NCBI GenBank assembly: GCA_965214465.1
Contig: CBDCBX010000009.1
Coordinates: forward strand, 2,700-66,699
Reading direction: 5' to 3'
From: Acidobacteriota bacterium
Lineage (GTDB): Bacteria > Acidobacteriota > UBA6911 > RPQK01 > CBDAPI01
DNA: 64,000 bases
Shown here: one piece after another, positions 8,935 through 18,450 of the stretch
Layout of the letters: every line of letters starts with the position of its first letter
Numbering within the stretch: the first letter of the stretch is position 1
Translations under genes and position numbers: made by a program
Notes under the pieces: model-generated
What the model saw: the letters and a program-made list of their open reading frames with translations, nothing else
Database searches by the model: none
Told to the model about the DNA's origin: nothing

Positions 8935-9426
8935 GTGAAAAAACTTGTATTGAGTCTGCTCACGGCCGGTCTCGTCATGACCCTGGTGCTAGCCCATCCC
9001 CACATGCGCAAATCGGTAACGGCCAAAGTGGGCAACAGTGAAGTGACCCTTAAATACGTCACCATGCCGATCAACATAGAGCACATCGGCAGTGTCGACG
9101 TGGGTGATTTTCGGCGTGGAGCTAACCTCACAGTCGGGGCTGATCTGCAGGCTGGCGGGGCAACAATTGCGGCTGGAGATTACACTGTAGGCTGCATCCG
9201 CGAGAGCGAAAAAGCCTGGACTATGGTCCTTGCGCCCGGGAAACTGGGTCGGGGAGAGTCTCCCGACATGAGCAAGCTGATCAAGCTGGACTCCCATTTC
9301 TCGACGCTCATGGGGAGTTCGGACCATGTGTCGTTTGACATCTCACCGGGCTCCGGCTCTCTCTCCGGACGCGCCGCGGTGGTCTGGAGATTCGGAGATC
9401 ACTACCTGGCAGGCGCCATTTCCTGA
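8935..9426 (+). CDS. Hypothetical secreted protein
   Basis: 163 aa, clear signal peptide (MKKLVLSLLTAGLVMTLVLA), RBS-like GGAGGAA upstream. No confident family assignment. Confidence 0.5.
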   Translation: MKKLVLSLLTAGLVMTLVLAHPHMRKSVTAKVGNSEVTLKYVTMPINIEHIGSVDVGDFRRGANLTVGADLQAGGATIAAGDYTVGCIRESEKAWTMVLAPGKLGRGESPDMSKLIKLDSHFSTLMGSSDHVSFDISPGSGSLSGRAAVVWRFGDHYLAGAIS

Positions 9427-9470
9427 GCCTGACCGGACTAGTTTGCTGCTGCGGGTCAGCAGGAACGGAT

Positions 9471-9540
9471 TTTGTAGGGGCGACCCTGGTGGTCGCCCGC
9501 TGAGCGGGCCGGCACAAGACCGGCCCCTACGACACACCCT
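9471..9540. repeat. Family-B structured intergenic repeat, copy B3 (reverse orientation)
   Basis: Reverse complement reads TCGTAGGGGCCGGTCTTGTGCCGGCCCGCTCAGCGGGCGACCACCAGGGTCGCCCCTACAAA. It lies between the convergent 3' ends of the hypothetical secreted gene and ldcA. Confidence 0.75.
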
Positions 9541-10570
9541 ACATTCGAACAGCCGGCTCCAGCAGCCTGATGGTTCCCGCACCCGCGTCGATTTCGGCTT
9601 GAACCCCCAGAGGAAGCGTCAACTGATCGTCAATATGGCCGATCATGGCACCTCTCCAGGCCGGAATCTCCAGGGGCCGGAGGTGATCTTCCAACACCTC
9701 GTCCAGGGTGAGTGAACCGAAACCGTTCCCCGCCCTGCAGTCGGTGCAATGCCCGAAAACCAGGCCGGCGATCTGATCCAGCACTCCCGCCAGCTTCAAC
9801 TGGGTCAGCATTCTATCGATTCTGTAGATCTCTTCTCCCACGTCCTCTAGAAACAGAATAGCCCCTTCCCAGTCGGGAAGGTATCGGGAGCCCATGATGG
9901 CCGACAGAACGGTCAGATTGCCTCCCAGCAAGGGACCGCTGACCCGACCCGGACGAATCGTCCGGATGGGGTGTAGACTGCTGCCCGGTTTCTCGCCGGC
10001 AAGAGGAGGATTCGCGAAAACCGGCGTCTGTGCTTCCAGCACAACCTGGCGGACGTTCCCAGTAGTAAACGGCGTCCAGGTCGAAGTGCCGACCGGCCCG
10101 TGAAAAGTCACCAGACCGGTCTGGGAATGGATCGCCATGTGAAGTGCTGTGATGTCGCTGAAGCCCAGGAGAACTTTGGGCTGAGCTCGAATCAGTGAGT
10201 AGTCCAGGAGTCCCAGTATTCGCGCACATCCCCATCCTCCCCTGAGCGCAATCAGTCCGGCCACCGCTGTGTCCGCAAACTGCTGATTGATGTCGCCTGC
10301 CCGGTCAGCGTCACTTCCGGCCAGGTAACCCCGGCGGTCAAAGAGATGCGGTGCCCGCCGGACCTTCAGTCCCAGTGCTTCCAGGTGCCCACTGGCGATA
10401 TCCGCATCCACCCGGCTAAAAGTGGCCCCTGCCGGGTTCACAAGTACCACGGTGTCGCCCGGCCTGAGGCGCCTGGGTTTGATCAATTCTCGCGGCTTCT
10501 CTCCATTTCCCTTTGAGCAGGACGCAGAGAGAGCCACTCCCAGAGCGGACAGAAACAGCCGTCGGTTCAT
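9539..10570 (-). CDS. ldcA: LD-carboxypeptidase (peptidase S66, muramoyl-tetrapeptide carboxypeptidase)
   Basis: 343 aa. S66 signatures (..KVLLGFSDITALHMAI.. nucleophile-Ser region; C-terminal ..GHCTDCRAGN..). N-terminal signal/lipobox (LSASCS). Confidence 0.75.
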   Translation of the reverse strand: MNRRLFLSALGVALSASCSKGNGEKPRELIKPRRLRPGDTVVLVNPAGATFSRVDADIASGHLEALGLKVRRAPHLFDRRGYLAGSDADRAGDINQQFADTAVAGLIALRGGWGCARILGLLDYSLIRAQPKVLLGFSDITALHMAIHSQTGLVTFHGPVGTSTWTPFTTGNVRQVVLEAQTPVFANPPLAGEKPGSSLHPIRTIRPGRVSGPLLGGNLTVLSAIMGSRYLPDWEGAILFLEDVGEEIYRIDRMLTQLKLAGVLDQIAGLVFGHCTDCRAGNGFGSLTLDEVLEDHLRPLEIPAWRGAMIGHIDDQLTLPLGVQAEIDAGAGTIRLLEPAVRM

Positions 10571-10800
10571 AACTCATCATTCTAGTCTCAGGGGATGCGA
10601 TGGCGCTGAGCGAAAACGGAGCCTCAGCCCGGCAGGGACCTGTTTGGCGTCCCCTTCTTACCCTTGCCCTTTGCCCGTGCCCGTCGCTGATCTCGCGTTT
10701 CCTGAGCCTCCACTCAATGCTGACCGGGTTGGTCAAGAGCCTTGATGGAACAAGAGATGAGGTCAGGGCACGGACACGGGCAAAGGGCAAGGGAGGGGCT

Positions 10801-11859
10801 CTAAACAGGTGCTCCGCCAGGCTCTGCCAACCAGGTTTTCACCCTTTCCATTCCCGTTTGCAGATCAACCAGGGGACGATACCCCAGATCCCGCTCGGCA
10901 GCGGAAATGTCAAACCAGTGAGCCGTCGCCATCTCCTCCACCAGAAAACGAGTGAGTCGGGGCTCCGAACGGAGCCTGAAGCCACGATAAAACATTTCAA
11001 TCAGCCAGGCGGCAGCATAGGCCACCCGCGGATGCACAGTCTTGGTGACCGGCGGCAAATCGGCCGCCGCCAGGATCTGGTTGATAAATCCCCACATCAG
11101 TACGGGCTGATCGTCGGTGACAAAGAAGACTCGACCGCTGATGGATGATCCAGGAGCCAGCCGCTCGGCTGCCAGAAGATGAGCGTGCACGGCATTGTCG
11201 ATATAAGTGAAATCCACCTTCTTGTCTTGCCGGCCGAGTCGCCGTAGTTGTCCGTTTCGGGCGCGCCTCAGCAGACCCGGGATGATGTGCCGGTCCCCCG
11301 GCCCCCACACCAGGTGGGGCCTGAGAGCCACGGTAGCCAGCCTCTCACTGGCTGCCTCCAGGACGATCTTCTCCGCGGCTGCCTTGGTCTCCGGGTAGGC
11401 GGCCTTGAAATGGCGGGCATAGGGCACAGACTCATCGACGCCTTCCATGTCACTTCCCGCAAAGACGACACTCGGCGAACTGGTATAGACAAGCCGGTCG
11501 ATTCCCTCGTCCCGACAAGCCTGCAGAACGTTGCTCGTGCCGATGACATTGGTCCGATAGAAGTCGTCATGACGACCCCAAATCCCGGCCCTGGCCGCCA
11601 CGTGGAAAGCCAGAGTGCAGCCCCTTAGAGCCTCTCTCACGCGCTCCCGATCTGACAGATCTCCCAGCACCTGCTGGATGCCCAGAGCGTCCAACTCAGG
11701 ATAGCTTCGCCGCGAGAACGACCTGACCTGGAGACCCTGCTCGCGCAGCCGCCTGACCAGAGCCCCACCGATAAAACCGCCGCCACCAGTGACCAGGATT
11801 CGATCTCCTTCCTGCAGGTCCAGGCGGTAAGTCACAGGCGGATCCGGTCTGCTGCCCAC
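10801..11859 (-). CDS. oleD: NAD(P)-dependent reductase of the 3-beta-HSD/epimerase family; OleD-type by operon context
   Basis: 352 aa. Rossmann motif VTGGGGFIGG. Last gene of the oleABCD-ordered operon, overlapping oleC by 28 nt. Confidence 0.7.
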   Translation of the reverse strand: MGSRPDPPVTYRLDLQEGDRILVTGGGGFIGGALVRRLREQGLQVRSFSRRSYPELDALGIQQVLGDLSDRERVREALRGCTLAFHVAARAGIWGRHDDFYRTNVIGTSNVLQACRDEGIDRLVYTSSPSVVFAGSDMEGVDESVPYARHFKAAYPETKAAAEKIVLEAASERLATVALRPHLVWGPGDRHIIPGLLRRARNGQLRRLGRQDKKVDFTYIDNAVHAHLLAAERLAPGSSISGRVFFVTDDQPVLMWGFINQILAAADLPPVTKTVHPRVAYAAAWLIEMFYRGFRLRSEPRLTRFLVEEMATAHWFDISAAERDLGYRPLVDLQTGMERVKTWLAEPGGAPV

Positions 11860-13442
11860 CGAGCCAGTTTCTCGCGGAAGATTTTAGAGTTGTGCCGGAC
11901 ATCCACAGGAAAGCTCTTGTGAAAAAGGATGTTGCCGATCTGGCTGGTTCCTTCGCTTTGAGCTGCCATTCCCAGGAGGTCGGACCGGATTCTCACCTTT
12001 GTCCGGTCCCTCCGGGAGACGAGTTCCACACAGAGAACAGGAGTTTGATCCGGGGAGGTCCCGACACCGACCAATGCCGTTCTCCGTACGCCTGGGTGCT
12101 GGTTGAAGATTCCCTCAGTGGGAACGGAGAAAAGAACTCCCCGGGGGGTTGTGACCCGGTGGCTCTTCCTTCCGCAGAACCAGATGCGCCCCTGCTCGTC
12201 AAAGTAACCCAGATCTCCCATGCGGTGACCGGTACGACCATCTGGCAGGCGCAGCTTCGAGAGGCGGTTCGCCTGCGGGCGGCCAAAGTACTCCGTTGAG
12301 ACATTGGGGCCGGCGACGACCAGCTCGCCGGTCTCTCCTCCCGCCAGGAGAAGATCCTCGCTGAGCCTTTCGAATGGTTCTTCGGAGATCCGAATGATGT
12401 GAACCTGCACACCTGGAAAGGGTCGCCCCACGCAGACTCCCTTCGCCCCTCCGGATCCCCGCAGCCCCAACAACTCGGAGCCGGCGATCGAAGAGACGGG
12501 CAGCGCTTCTGTTGCTCCATAAGGAGTAAAGATTTCACCTTCGACCAGAAACTTCCCGAAGCCTCGAAGAACTCTGGTGGAAACGGGAGCACCCGCCGTC
12601 AGAACTCTCCGAACACTCTCCAGCCGGGGCGGAGATTCCCCGTAATGGTCTACCACCCGAGTGAGCAATGCCGGAGAACCGAACATATGCGTCACCCCGT
12701 GGGTCTGGATCGCCTCTACGATGTCGGGGGCATGAACTCGACCGGGTCGGGAAAAGTCCATCTTCGGAAACACTGTGGTCATCCCCAGGGCCGGATCGAA
12801 AAGTGCAAACAATGGGAAGGTCGCCAGGTCCACTTCCTCCGGCTGAATCCCGTACTCGTCCCTCAGTTGCTGATACTGGGCGTCGAACATCCTGTGCGTG
12901 CACACGACCCCTTTGGGGACTCCCGTGCTTCCAGAAGTGAAAGCGATGGCAGCAGGATCCTCCGCAAGAACCCTCTGCGGCGGTACCTTGGTTGGCTCGG
13001 AATCTGTCGGAAAAAGTGATTGCATCGGTTTGCCTCCCCACCCCGGCCAGCCCACCGAGATCTTGATGCTGAGGGTTCCAGATGCCCACCCCAGGAGTCC
13101 GCGGGCGAAATGGGCCAGGGGAACGCCGACAAAAGCCTCTGGAGAGGCCTCTTCCAGGCACTTCCCGAGGTGGTTCCGGCCCATTCCGGGATCAACCAGC
13201 ACCATCACGGCACCGATCTTCAGGAGAGCAAAACAGACGGCCAGAAAGTCCTTTCCCGGACGAAGCATGACAACCGTTCTCATGCCCTTGCGCACGCCTG
13301 CCCGCAGCAGAGCAGACGCGCACTGGTTGCTGTAAGATTCGAGGTTGGCAAAGGTCAGCCGGTGGCCAGATGAAATTACTGCCGGCTGGTGAGGCGAGGT
13401 GCCGGCCCTCAAAGGGAGGTGGGAAGCGATGTTATGGTCCAT
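11832..13442 (-). CDS. oleC: AMP-dependent synthetase/ligase; OleC-type (beta-lactone synthetase) by context
   Basis: 536 aa. AMP-binding motifs (..IAFTSGSTGVPKGV.., ..YGATE..). Overlaps oleB by 11 nt. Confidence 0.7.
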   Translation of the reverse strand: MDHNIASHLPLRAGTSPHQPAVISSGHRLTFANLESYSNQCASALLRAGVRKGMRTVVMLRPGKDFLAVCFALLKIGAVMVLVDPGMGRNHLGKCLEEASPEAFVGVPLAHFARGLLGWASGTLSIKISVGWPGWGGKPMQSLFPTDSEPTKVPPQRVLAEDPAAIAFTSGSTGVPKGVVCTHRMFDAQYQQLRDEYGIQPEEVDLATFPLFALFDPALGMTTVFPKMDFSRPGRVHAPDIVEAIQTHGVTHMFGSPALLTRVVDHYGESPPRLESVRRVLTAGAPVSTRVLRGFGKFLVEGEIFTPYGATEALPVSSIAGSELLGLRGSGGAKGVCVGRPFPGVQVHIIRISEEPFERLSEDLLLAGGETGELVVAGPNVSTEYFGRPQANRLSKLRLPDGRTGHRMGDLGYFDEQGRIWFCGRKSHRVTTPRGVLFSVPTEGIFNQHPGVRRTALVGVGTSPDQTPVLCVELVSRRDRTKVRIRSDLLGMAAQSEGTSQIGNILFHKSFPVDVRHNSKIFREKLARWAADRIRL

Positions 13443-14367
13443 CGGGCTGCTTCAGAGGAGCTTCCAGGAATTCTCGCACGAGGGGCACAATCGTTTCGTA
13501 AGCATCCTCCAGAATGTAGTGTCCTCCACGTGTGAACTTCTGAACGAATGCTTCGGGGAAGCGCCTCTGCCACTGCAGCAGGAAGTCCGTGTCGAAGACC
13601 GGATCCAGTTCACCCCAGCAAAGCAGCATTGGCTTGTCCTTGAGCCGGGTCAGTCCGGCTTCGATGAGCGAGACCGTCTCGTACGAGCGATCTTCGCGGC
13701 TCAAGGGAATGTCTTGAATAAAGCTCAGAACGGCCTGGCGATCCCTGGCGCTTCGGTGGGGATAACGATAGGCCCTGCGAACCAGCCGGGGCATGCGCCG
13801 CATCCGGCTTCCCCAGTTGGTGGCGGCCCAGGAAAAGAAGTTCAGCCTCAGGATCATGACCGCGGCCAGCCTGGAACTGCGGCACCAGCGCAGGATCCGA
13901 TTGAGATCCTTTCCTCGCGGCAAATGAAAGGCGGCCGTGTTCAAGACTACAATGCGGTTGATTCGGTCCGGGTACCGAGTCGCGTAGGCGCATCCGATCA
14001 ATCCCCCCCAGTCGTGCACGACCAGTGAAACAGGCCGATCCAGCTGCACTGCATCGAGCAGGTCCTCTAGATCCCGGGCCCGCTGTTCGAGGGTGAATGG
14101 GTAATCCCTCTCGTCGGGATGATCCGAGAGGCCGCATCCGATGTGATCGGGCACAATCACCCGGAATCGGTCCCGGAGACCGTCCACCAGATGGCGGTAC
14201 ATAAAGGACCAGGCCGGATTTCCATGCACCATCACCACCGGTTCCCCCTGGCCTTCGTCCACGTAGTGACAGTTCCAGCGCCCCAGCCGGACGAAATGAG
14301 AATTGTAAGGATAGAGCTGTTTCAGCCAGGGCGGGAGGCTAAGAGGCCCGGCACCTGAGCGGCGCAC
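13432..14367 (-). CDS. oleB: Alpha/beta-hydrolase (haloalkane-dehalogenase-like); OleB-type by context
   Basis: 311 aa (..VVMVHGNPAWSFMYRH.., ..VVHDWGG.. nucleophile elbow with Asp, as in the haloalkane dehalogenase/OleB clade). Its start overlaps the oleA stop. Confidence 0.7.
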   Translation of the reverse strand: MRRSGAGPLSLPPWLKQLYPYNSHFVRLGRWNCHYVDEGQGEPVVMVHGNPAWSFMYRHLVDGLRDRFRVIVPDHIGCGLSDHPDERDYPFTLEQRARDLEDLLDAVQLDRPVSLVVHDWGGLIGCAYATRYPDRINRIVVLNTAAFHLPRGKDLNRILRWCRSSRLAAVMILRLNFFSWAATNWGSRMRRMPRLVRRAYRYPHRSARDRQAVLSFIQDIPLSREDRSYETVSLIEAGLTRLKDKPMLLCWGELDPVFDTDFLLQWQRRFPEAFVQKFTRGGHYILEDAYETIVPLVREFLEAPLKQPDGP

Positions 14368-15407
14368 TAGTACTCAAACGATCCCAGGCCTGTGGTCACC
14401 CCTGCACTGCCCATCAACAGAAGGACTCGCATGCCTCTTTTCAGCCGGCCTTCGCTCTCCGCTACGGCAAGTGCCAGAGGGAGTGAGGCCGACACTGTGT
14501 TTCCGAATCGAGGGTGTGTCTCAAAGACACGTTCCGGATCCAGGCCTACCCCGCGAACCACCTTCTTTGTCACCCACCCGGTAACCTCATGGCCCAGGAT
14601 CAGATCATGCTCCTGCTCAGCGATCGGCGCGGTCTCGAGAAAGTGTCGGATCAGCTTGTTCACGGTAAAGCTCAGCAGCTCGGAAGGAGATGTGAAAAAG
14701 GACATCGGCGCGATCGGTCTATGACCGTTGTCAGGCGTGAAATCGGCTGCATTGGGCAGGGATATCTTGCACAAACCGTGCTTTTCTCCCCAGGTGCGAA
14801 ACGAGAAATTGCAGTTCTCGCTGTCTCCGTCGTGGGTGAGAATGGTGGCGGTGGCGGCCTCGCCTATCGTGTAGGCAGAAAAACTCTCTTCGAGGCTCTC
14901 GAGGTCGGTGATTTCCAGGTTGGCATACTCCCGAAAGTTGAATTCGCAGTTGAGAACCATCACCATTCGATAAGCAGCCTGGTCCAGAAAACTCTTGGCA
15001 ATCGAAAGGCTGCGAATCCAACTGGCACAAGCGTCCATGACGTCAAAACAGGTAGCCCGGGTCAGGCCCAGTTCGTGCTGAAAGAGGTTGGCGGTGGCCG
15101 GTTCGATCCAGCCTCGGCCCACGCCTGCATAGATGAGCAGGTCGATGTCTTCGGGATCGACTCCCGCTGCATCCAGGGCCTTCTTACCGGCATTAACGGC
15201 AAAGTCCCAGGCTCGCTCACCACCATTTCGATGGTAACGCGTGTCCGTGCCGGACATGCGAAAGAACCTCTTGATCTTCCTCTCCAGCTTCTTCAGATCT
15301 CCGAGAGAAAGATGCTTCCGACTCCGCTCCAGAATCTCACCCGTCAGATCTTGATTGCGGACCCGCAAGCTGGGGAGGGCATAGGAAATATTCAAGATCT
15401 TCATCAC
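14367..15407 (-). CDS. oleA: FabH-like thiolase (KAS III superfamily); OleA-type head-to-head condensing enzyme by context
   Basis: 346 aa thiolase-fold protein with an active-site Cys region (..DVMDACASWIRSL..). First gene of the four-gene operon. Confidence 0.7.
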   Translation of the reverse strand: MMKILNISYALPSLRVRNQDLTGEILERSRKHLSLGDLKKLERKIKRFFRMSGTDTRYHRNGGERAWDFAVNAGKKALDAAGVDPEDIDLLIYAGVGRGWIEPATANLFQHELGLTRATCFDVMDACASWIRSLSIAKSFLDQAAYRMVMVLNCEFNFREYANLEITDLESLEESFSAYTIGEAATATILTHDGDSENCNFSFRTWGEKHGLCKISLPNAADFTPDNGHRPIAPMSFFTSPSELLSFTVNKLIRHFLETAPIAEQEHDLILGHEVTGWVTKKVVRGVGLDPERVFETHPRFGNTVSASLPLALAVAESEGRLKRGMRVLLLMGSAGVTTGLGSFEY

Positions 15408-15561
15408 AGTCCCTCAGTACCGGAACAAAAGCAGGGGTACTCTGTTCCTTCCTTGCGCCGGAAACTCCTCTTCCCGCCGTCGGAGAGCTCCCCCGAACCC
15501 TCGGGAAACAACTCCCCTGAACATCAATCATAACATTGCCGGTGACATGGTATGAACAATC

Positions 15562-16785
15562 TTGCCCGGGTCCGGGGTTACAGGCATTATAATTCCTCTT
15601 TTCGGAGAAACACACGAGGTGGCACCAATTCAATACAACCTGCTCATCGTTGATGATGAGATCTCCAATCTTCAGAAGCTCAGACGCACTTTCTTTGGAG
15701 ACTTTCATATCTTCGAGGCATTGAACGGCCAGGATGCCATTCAGCTTCTGCGCAAGCAGGACGTGGATGTCATCATCACCGACCAGCGAATGCCTGAAAC
15801 GACGGGGATCGATGTCCTTCGGGAATCTCTGCTCTTGCAGCCCGAAGCGGTCCGCATCATTCTGACTGGCTACACCGAGATCGATTACCTGATGAATGCC
15901 ATTAACGAAGGACAGGTGCATCGGTACATTACCAAGCCGTGGGAGCCTTTTTCCCTGAAGCGAACCGTGATGCAGGACCTGGAGCTGGTCCATCTGAAAC
16001 GGGAGAATCGGCTGTTGCAGGAACAGCTTCGAATTGCACGTCAGGTTCAGTCCAGGCTCTTCCCCCAGAAACTCCCCGAGATCCCCACCCTCAACTACAC
16101 GGGAATCTGCCAGCCGGCAGGGGAAGTCGGAGGAGACTACTACGACGTTCTGAAGGTCTCCTCAGACCAGTTCTGTCTGGCCGTAGGAGATATCTCTGGA
16201 AAAGGAATCTCTGCGGCCCTGCTCATGGCTTCGCTGCAGGCTCTGCTTCGAAGTCATGCTTCGCAGACCACTGAGGATCTTGCCGCAGTGGTGACGGAAG
16301 TGAACCGATTCCTCTGCGCAATGACTGAAGAGAATCGGTTCGCGACCCTGTTCTGCGCCGTGTATGACAACTCAACCAGGCAATTGACCTACGTCAACGC
16401 CGGGCACAATCCGCCCCTTCTGTTCCGCCACGGCGCCAGCGGGGCAGAGTTCCAGACAGCGACGGCTTCCAGTTCCAACGGGATCCTCAGGCTGGAAGGC
16501 AGTGGTGCCGTATTGGGAATGTTTCCGGAAGGGTCCTACCAGCACCGCAGCCTGCCTCTGGCCCCCGGAGACACCCTCGTGGTCTATACCGATGGGATCA
16601 CCGAAGCACACGACAACCGCGGTCGGGAATACGGTGAAGAGCGACTCGCCGAGCTGGTCCTCAGCAAGATCTCACTCTCGCCAGTTGAACTGCAGAACCA
16701 GCTTCTGGACAGCGTCAAGGAGTTCGCCGGCGAAGTGTCCCTCACAGACGATCTGACCCTCCTCCTGATTAAAGCAGTCGAGTAG
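15562..16785 (+). CDS. Response-regulator receiver fused to a PP2C (SpoIIE/RsbU-type) Ser/Thr phosphatase
   Basis: 407 aa. N-terminal REC domain (LLIVDDE...DVIITDQRMPETTG...KPW). C-terminal PP2C metal-binding signatures (..GDISGKGISAALLMA.., ..VYTDGITEA..). Confidence 0.8.
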   Translation: MPGSGVTGIIIPLFGETHEVAPIQYNLLIVDDEISNLQKLRRTFFGDFHIFEALNGQDAIQLLRKQDVDVIITDQRMPETTGIDVLRESLLLQPEAVRIILTGYTEIDYLMNAINEGQVHRYITKPWEPFSLKRTVMQDLELVHLKRENRLLQEQLRIARQVQSRLFPQKLPEIPTLNYTGICQPAGEVGGDYYDVLKVSSDQFCLAVGDISGKGISAALLMASLQALLRSHASQTTEDLAAVVTEVNRFLCAMTEENRFATLFCAVYDNSTRQLTYVNAGHNPPLLFRHGASGAEFQTATASSSNGILRLEGSGAVLGMFPEGSYQHRSLPLAPGDTLVVYTDGITEAHDNRGREYGEERLAELVLSKISLSPVELQNQLLDSVKEFAGEVSLTDDLTLLLIKAVE

Positions 16786-16806
16786 GAGCGTTTCTCGTTC
16801 TCAGCC

Positions 16807-17661
16807 TCAGCCCGCTCGCTCCAGATCTCGCGACAGTAGTAGATAGAGAGCGGTGCCACAGGCCAGAAGAAGAGCACCCACGACCACGTGCGACCCGGCG
16901 TGCCAGACGTAGGAAAGGGACTGCTGTCCGATCGCACCTGGCTCGGGAGCACTCAAGAAAACGGTAAAACCCAGCAGAATCTGAACAACGATACCGGCCC
17001 CAATGGCGTAAGCAAGGGCTGCTCGCCATCCCGACAGGGCCGCTCCGAGTCGAAGCGCGATGGAGATGCCCATGATCGCGATTCCAATGGCCAACACAAG
17101 ATGAAGCACAAGCGCTCCAAGCATGACCCCCTGCGTCTCGGCATGCCTGACGACTGCGCCCGCTACCAGTTGCAGCAGTACCATCGAGGCGAAGGCTCGA
17201 GTTCTCCTGATGGCGTCGGCATCCGGCAGCTCGTTGACTGCAGGCGCGACCCCAGGGCTGATCACGGCAACAGCCGCCGCGACGACGCCCACAAAAAGGT
17301 GGGCCAGTGAGGCATGCATCACCTTCAGCAACCAGGGAAACTCCTGTAGAACCCCTAATCCACCCAGTAAGATCTGGACCAGAATGATTGCCATCATGGC
17401 AGTTCCAAGCCGACGCAGCAGCGGGGCTGCATGCGCCAACAGGAGGCCCCCCAGGAGAAAAGTCGCCAGACCGGTGATCAGCGACAGGGCACGGTGAGCG
17501 AATTCCCAGGCAATTCCTCCCACCAGGGGAGCCGGAATCAGGCTTCCCAGAGCCAGCGGCCAGTCCGGGATGGAGAGGCCGTAACCGCTGCTGGAGATCA
17601 CGCTCCCAACGGTAACTACCATCAGACTCAAGACAAAAACGACTATGGAAAGTGCTCTCAT
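16807..17661 (-). CDS. ctaA: Heme A synthase (COX15/CtaA family, short type)
   Basis: 284 aa polytopic membrane protein with conserved His in TM helices (..EFAHRALS.., ..VMHASLAHLF..). An N-terminal ..PDWPL.. motif is typical of CtaA. Confidence 0.65.
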   Translation of the reverse strand: MRALSIVVFVLSLMVVTVGSVISSSGYGLSIPDWPLALGSLIPAPLVGGIAWEFAHRALSLITGLATFLLGGLLLAHAAPLLRRLGTAMMAIILVQILLGGLGVLQEFPWLLKVMHASLAHLFVGVVAAAVAVISPGVAPAVNELPDADAIRRTRAFASMVLLQLVAGAVVRHAETQGVMLGALVLHLVLAIGIAIMGISIALRLGAALSGWRAALAYAIGAGIVVQILLGFTVFLSAPEPGAIGQQSLSYVWHAGSHVVVGALLLACGTALYLLLSRDLERAG

Positions 17662-17796
17662 TGGCTTCGCTGCTCCCCGTTCGCACTCGGTTTTAGCCGT
17701 AAATCATACGGGTCTATTTCACTCGGCGCAAAGAGCAGAGTGAAATCGCCAGCGCTTTCGAGAGCTGGAGCATGCCGAAATCTCGTGCCACACATG

Positions 17797-17963
17797 AATT
17801 CCCTAGTGTACTGTCCCGGAAGTTCGCGGTGTTAATTCGGGATGGATTTTCGTCGCCAGTGAGGCGCGCGACGCAGGAATGCCGGGAGTATTTCGAGGTA
17901 GCGCAACAAAGCTGTCGGCGAAAAGACGCCCGAAGTAGCGGCGTGAACTTTCGGGACAGTGCA
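17797..17963. mobile_element. MITE-like element, copy 2 (inverted relative to copy 1)
   Basis: CCTAGTGTACTGTCCCGGAAGTTCGCGG...GTGAACTTTCGGGACAGTGCACTAA. This is the reverse complement of 8672-8838 with about 8 mismatches. Confidence 0.65.
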
Positions 17964-18030
17964 CTAAGGTCAGTTGAATTGCCAGAGCCGGTCAGGAAAA
18001 GGTGTGTAGGAACGAGTAACGATTCCAGTC

Positions 18031-18450
18031 CTACCGGTGCCTCTGTCCTGCCGATTCCAGCAGCCTCATGGCAGAAACTCGAAACGGAACTCCCTGCATG
18101 TAGATCGTCGTCACTCCGGCCGCTTTGCGACCTTTGACCTCTACGCCGGCTCCTTCCTGAAACCAGGGTTCCTGGCGGTAAGAGGACGTGGCAAGAAGCA
18201 AGTACTCCTCCCCACCGGTCTTGAGCAGCCAGCCGCCCGCCTCCACGGTCTTGGCCAGTGTGCCGCGGTGGACTTCCAGTTCCGGTTGGCTCGTCACGGG
18301 TTCCTCCACTCTCCCCCGCACCACATCGTCACCTCCCACGACGTCGACCTGCCGGTTGGATCCACAGGACGGAAACAGCATTACGATTCCCAGCCAGGCC
18401 AGGTGATTCCTACCTCTTCTTCTCATTTCTTTTGCCGGCAGGCCCGGCAT
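18031..18450 (-). CDS. Hypothetical lipoprotein/secreted protein
   Basis: 139 aa. Signal with a Cys (LFPSCGS). Its start overlaps the 3' end of the S8 protease gene by 41 nt, so the two are probably co-transcribed. Confidence 0.4.
   Translation of the reverse strand: MPGLPAKEMRRRGRNHLAWLGIVMLFPSCGSNRQVDVVGGDDVVRGRVEEPVTSQPELEVHRGTLAKTVEAGGWLLKTGGEEYLLLATSSYRQEPWFQEGAGVEVKGRKAAGVTTIYMQGVPFRVSAMRLLESAGQRHR

Noticed and set aside
8466-9131. 221-aa minus-strand ORF and the 121-aa ORF at 17772-18137, which share a 50-aa identical stretch
   Set aside because: The shared stretch is the translation of the MITE-like repeat in opposite orientations. Both ORFs run through intergenic repeat DNA and have no start context.
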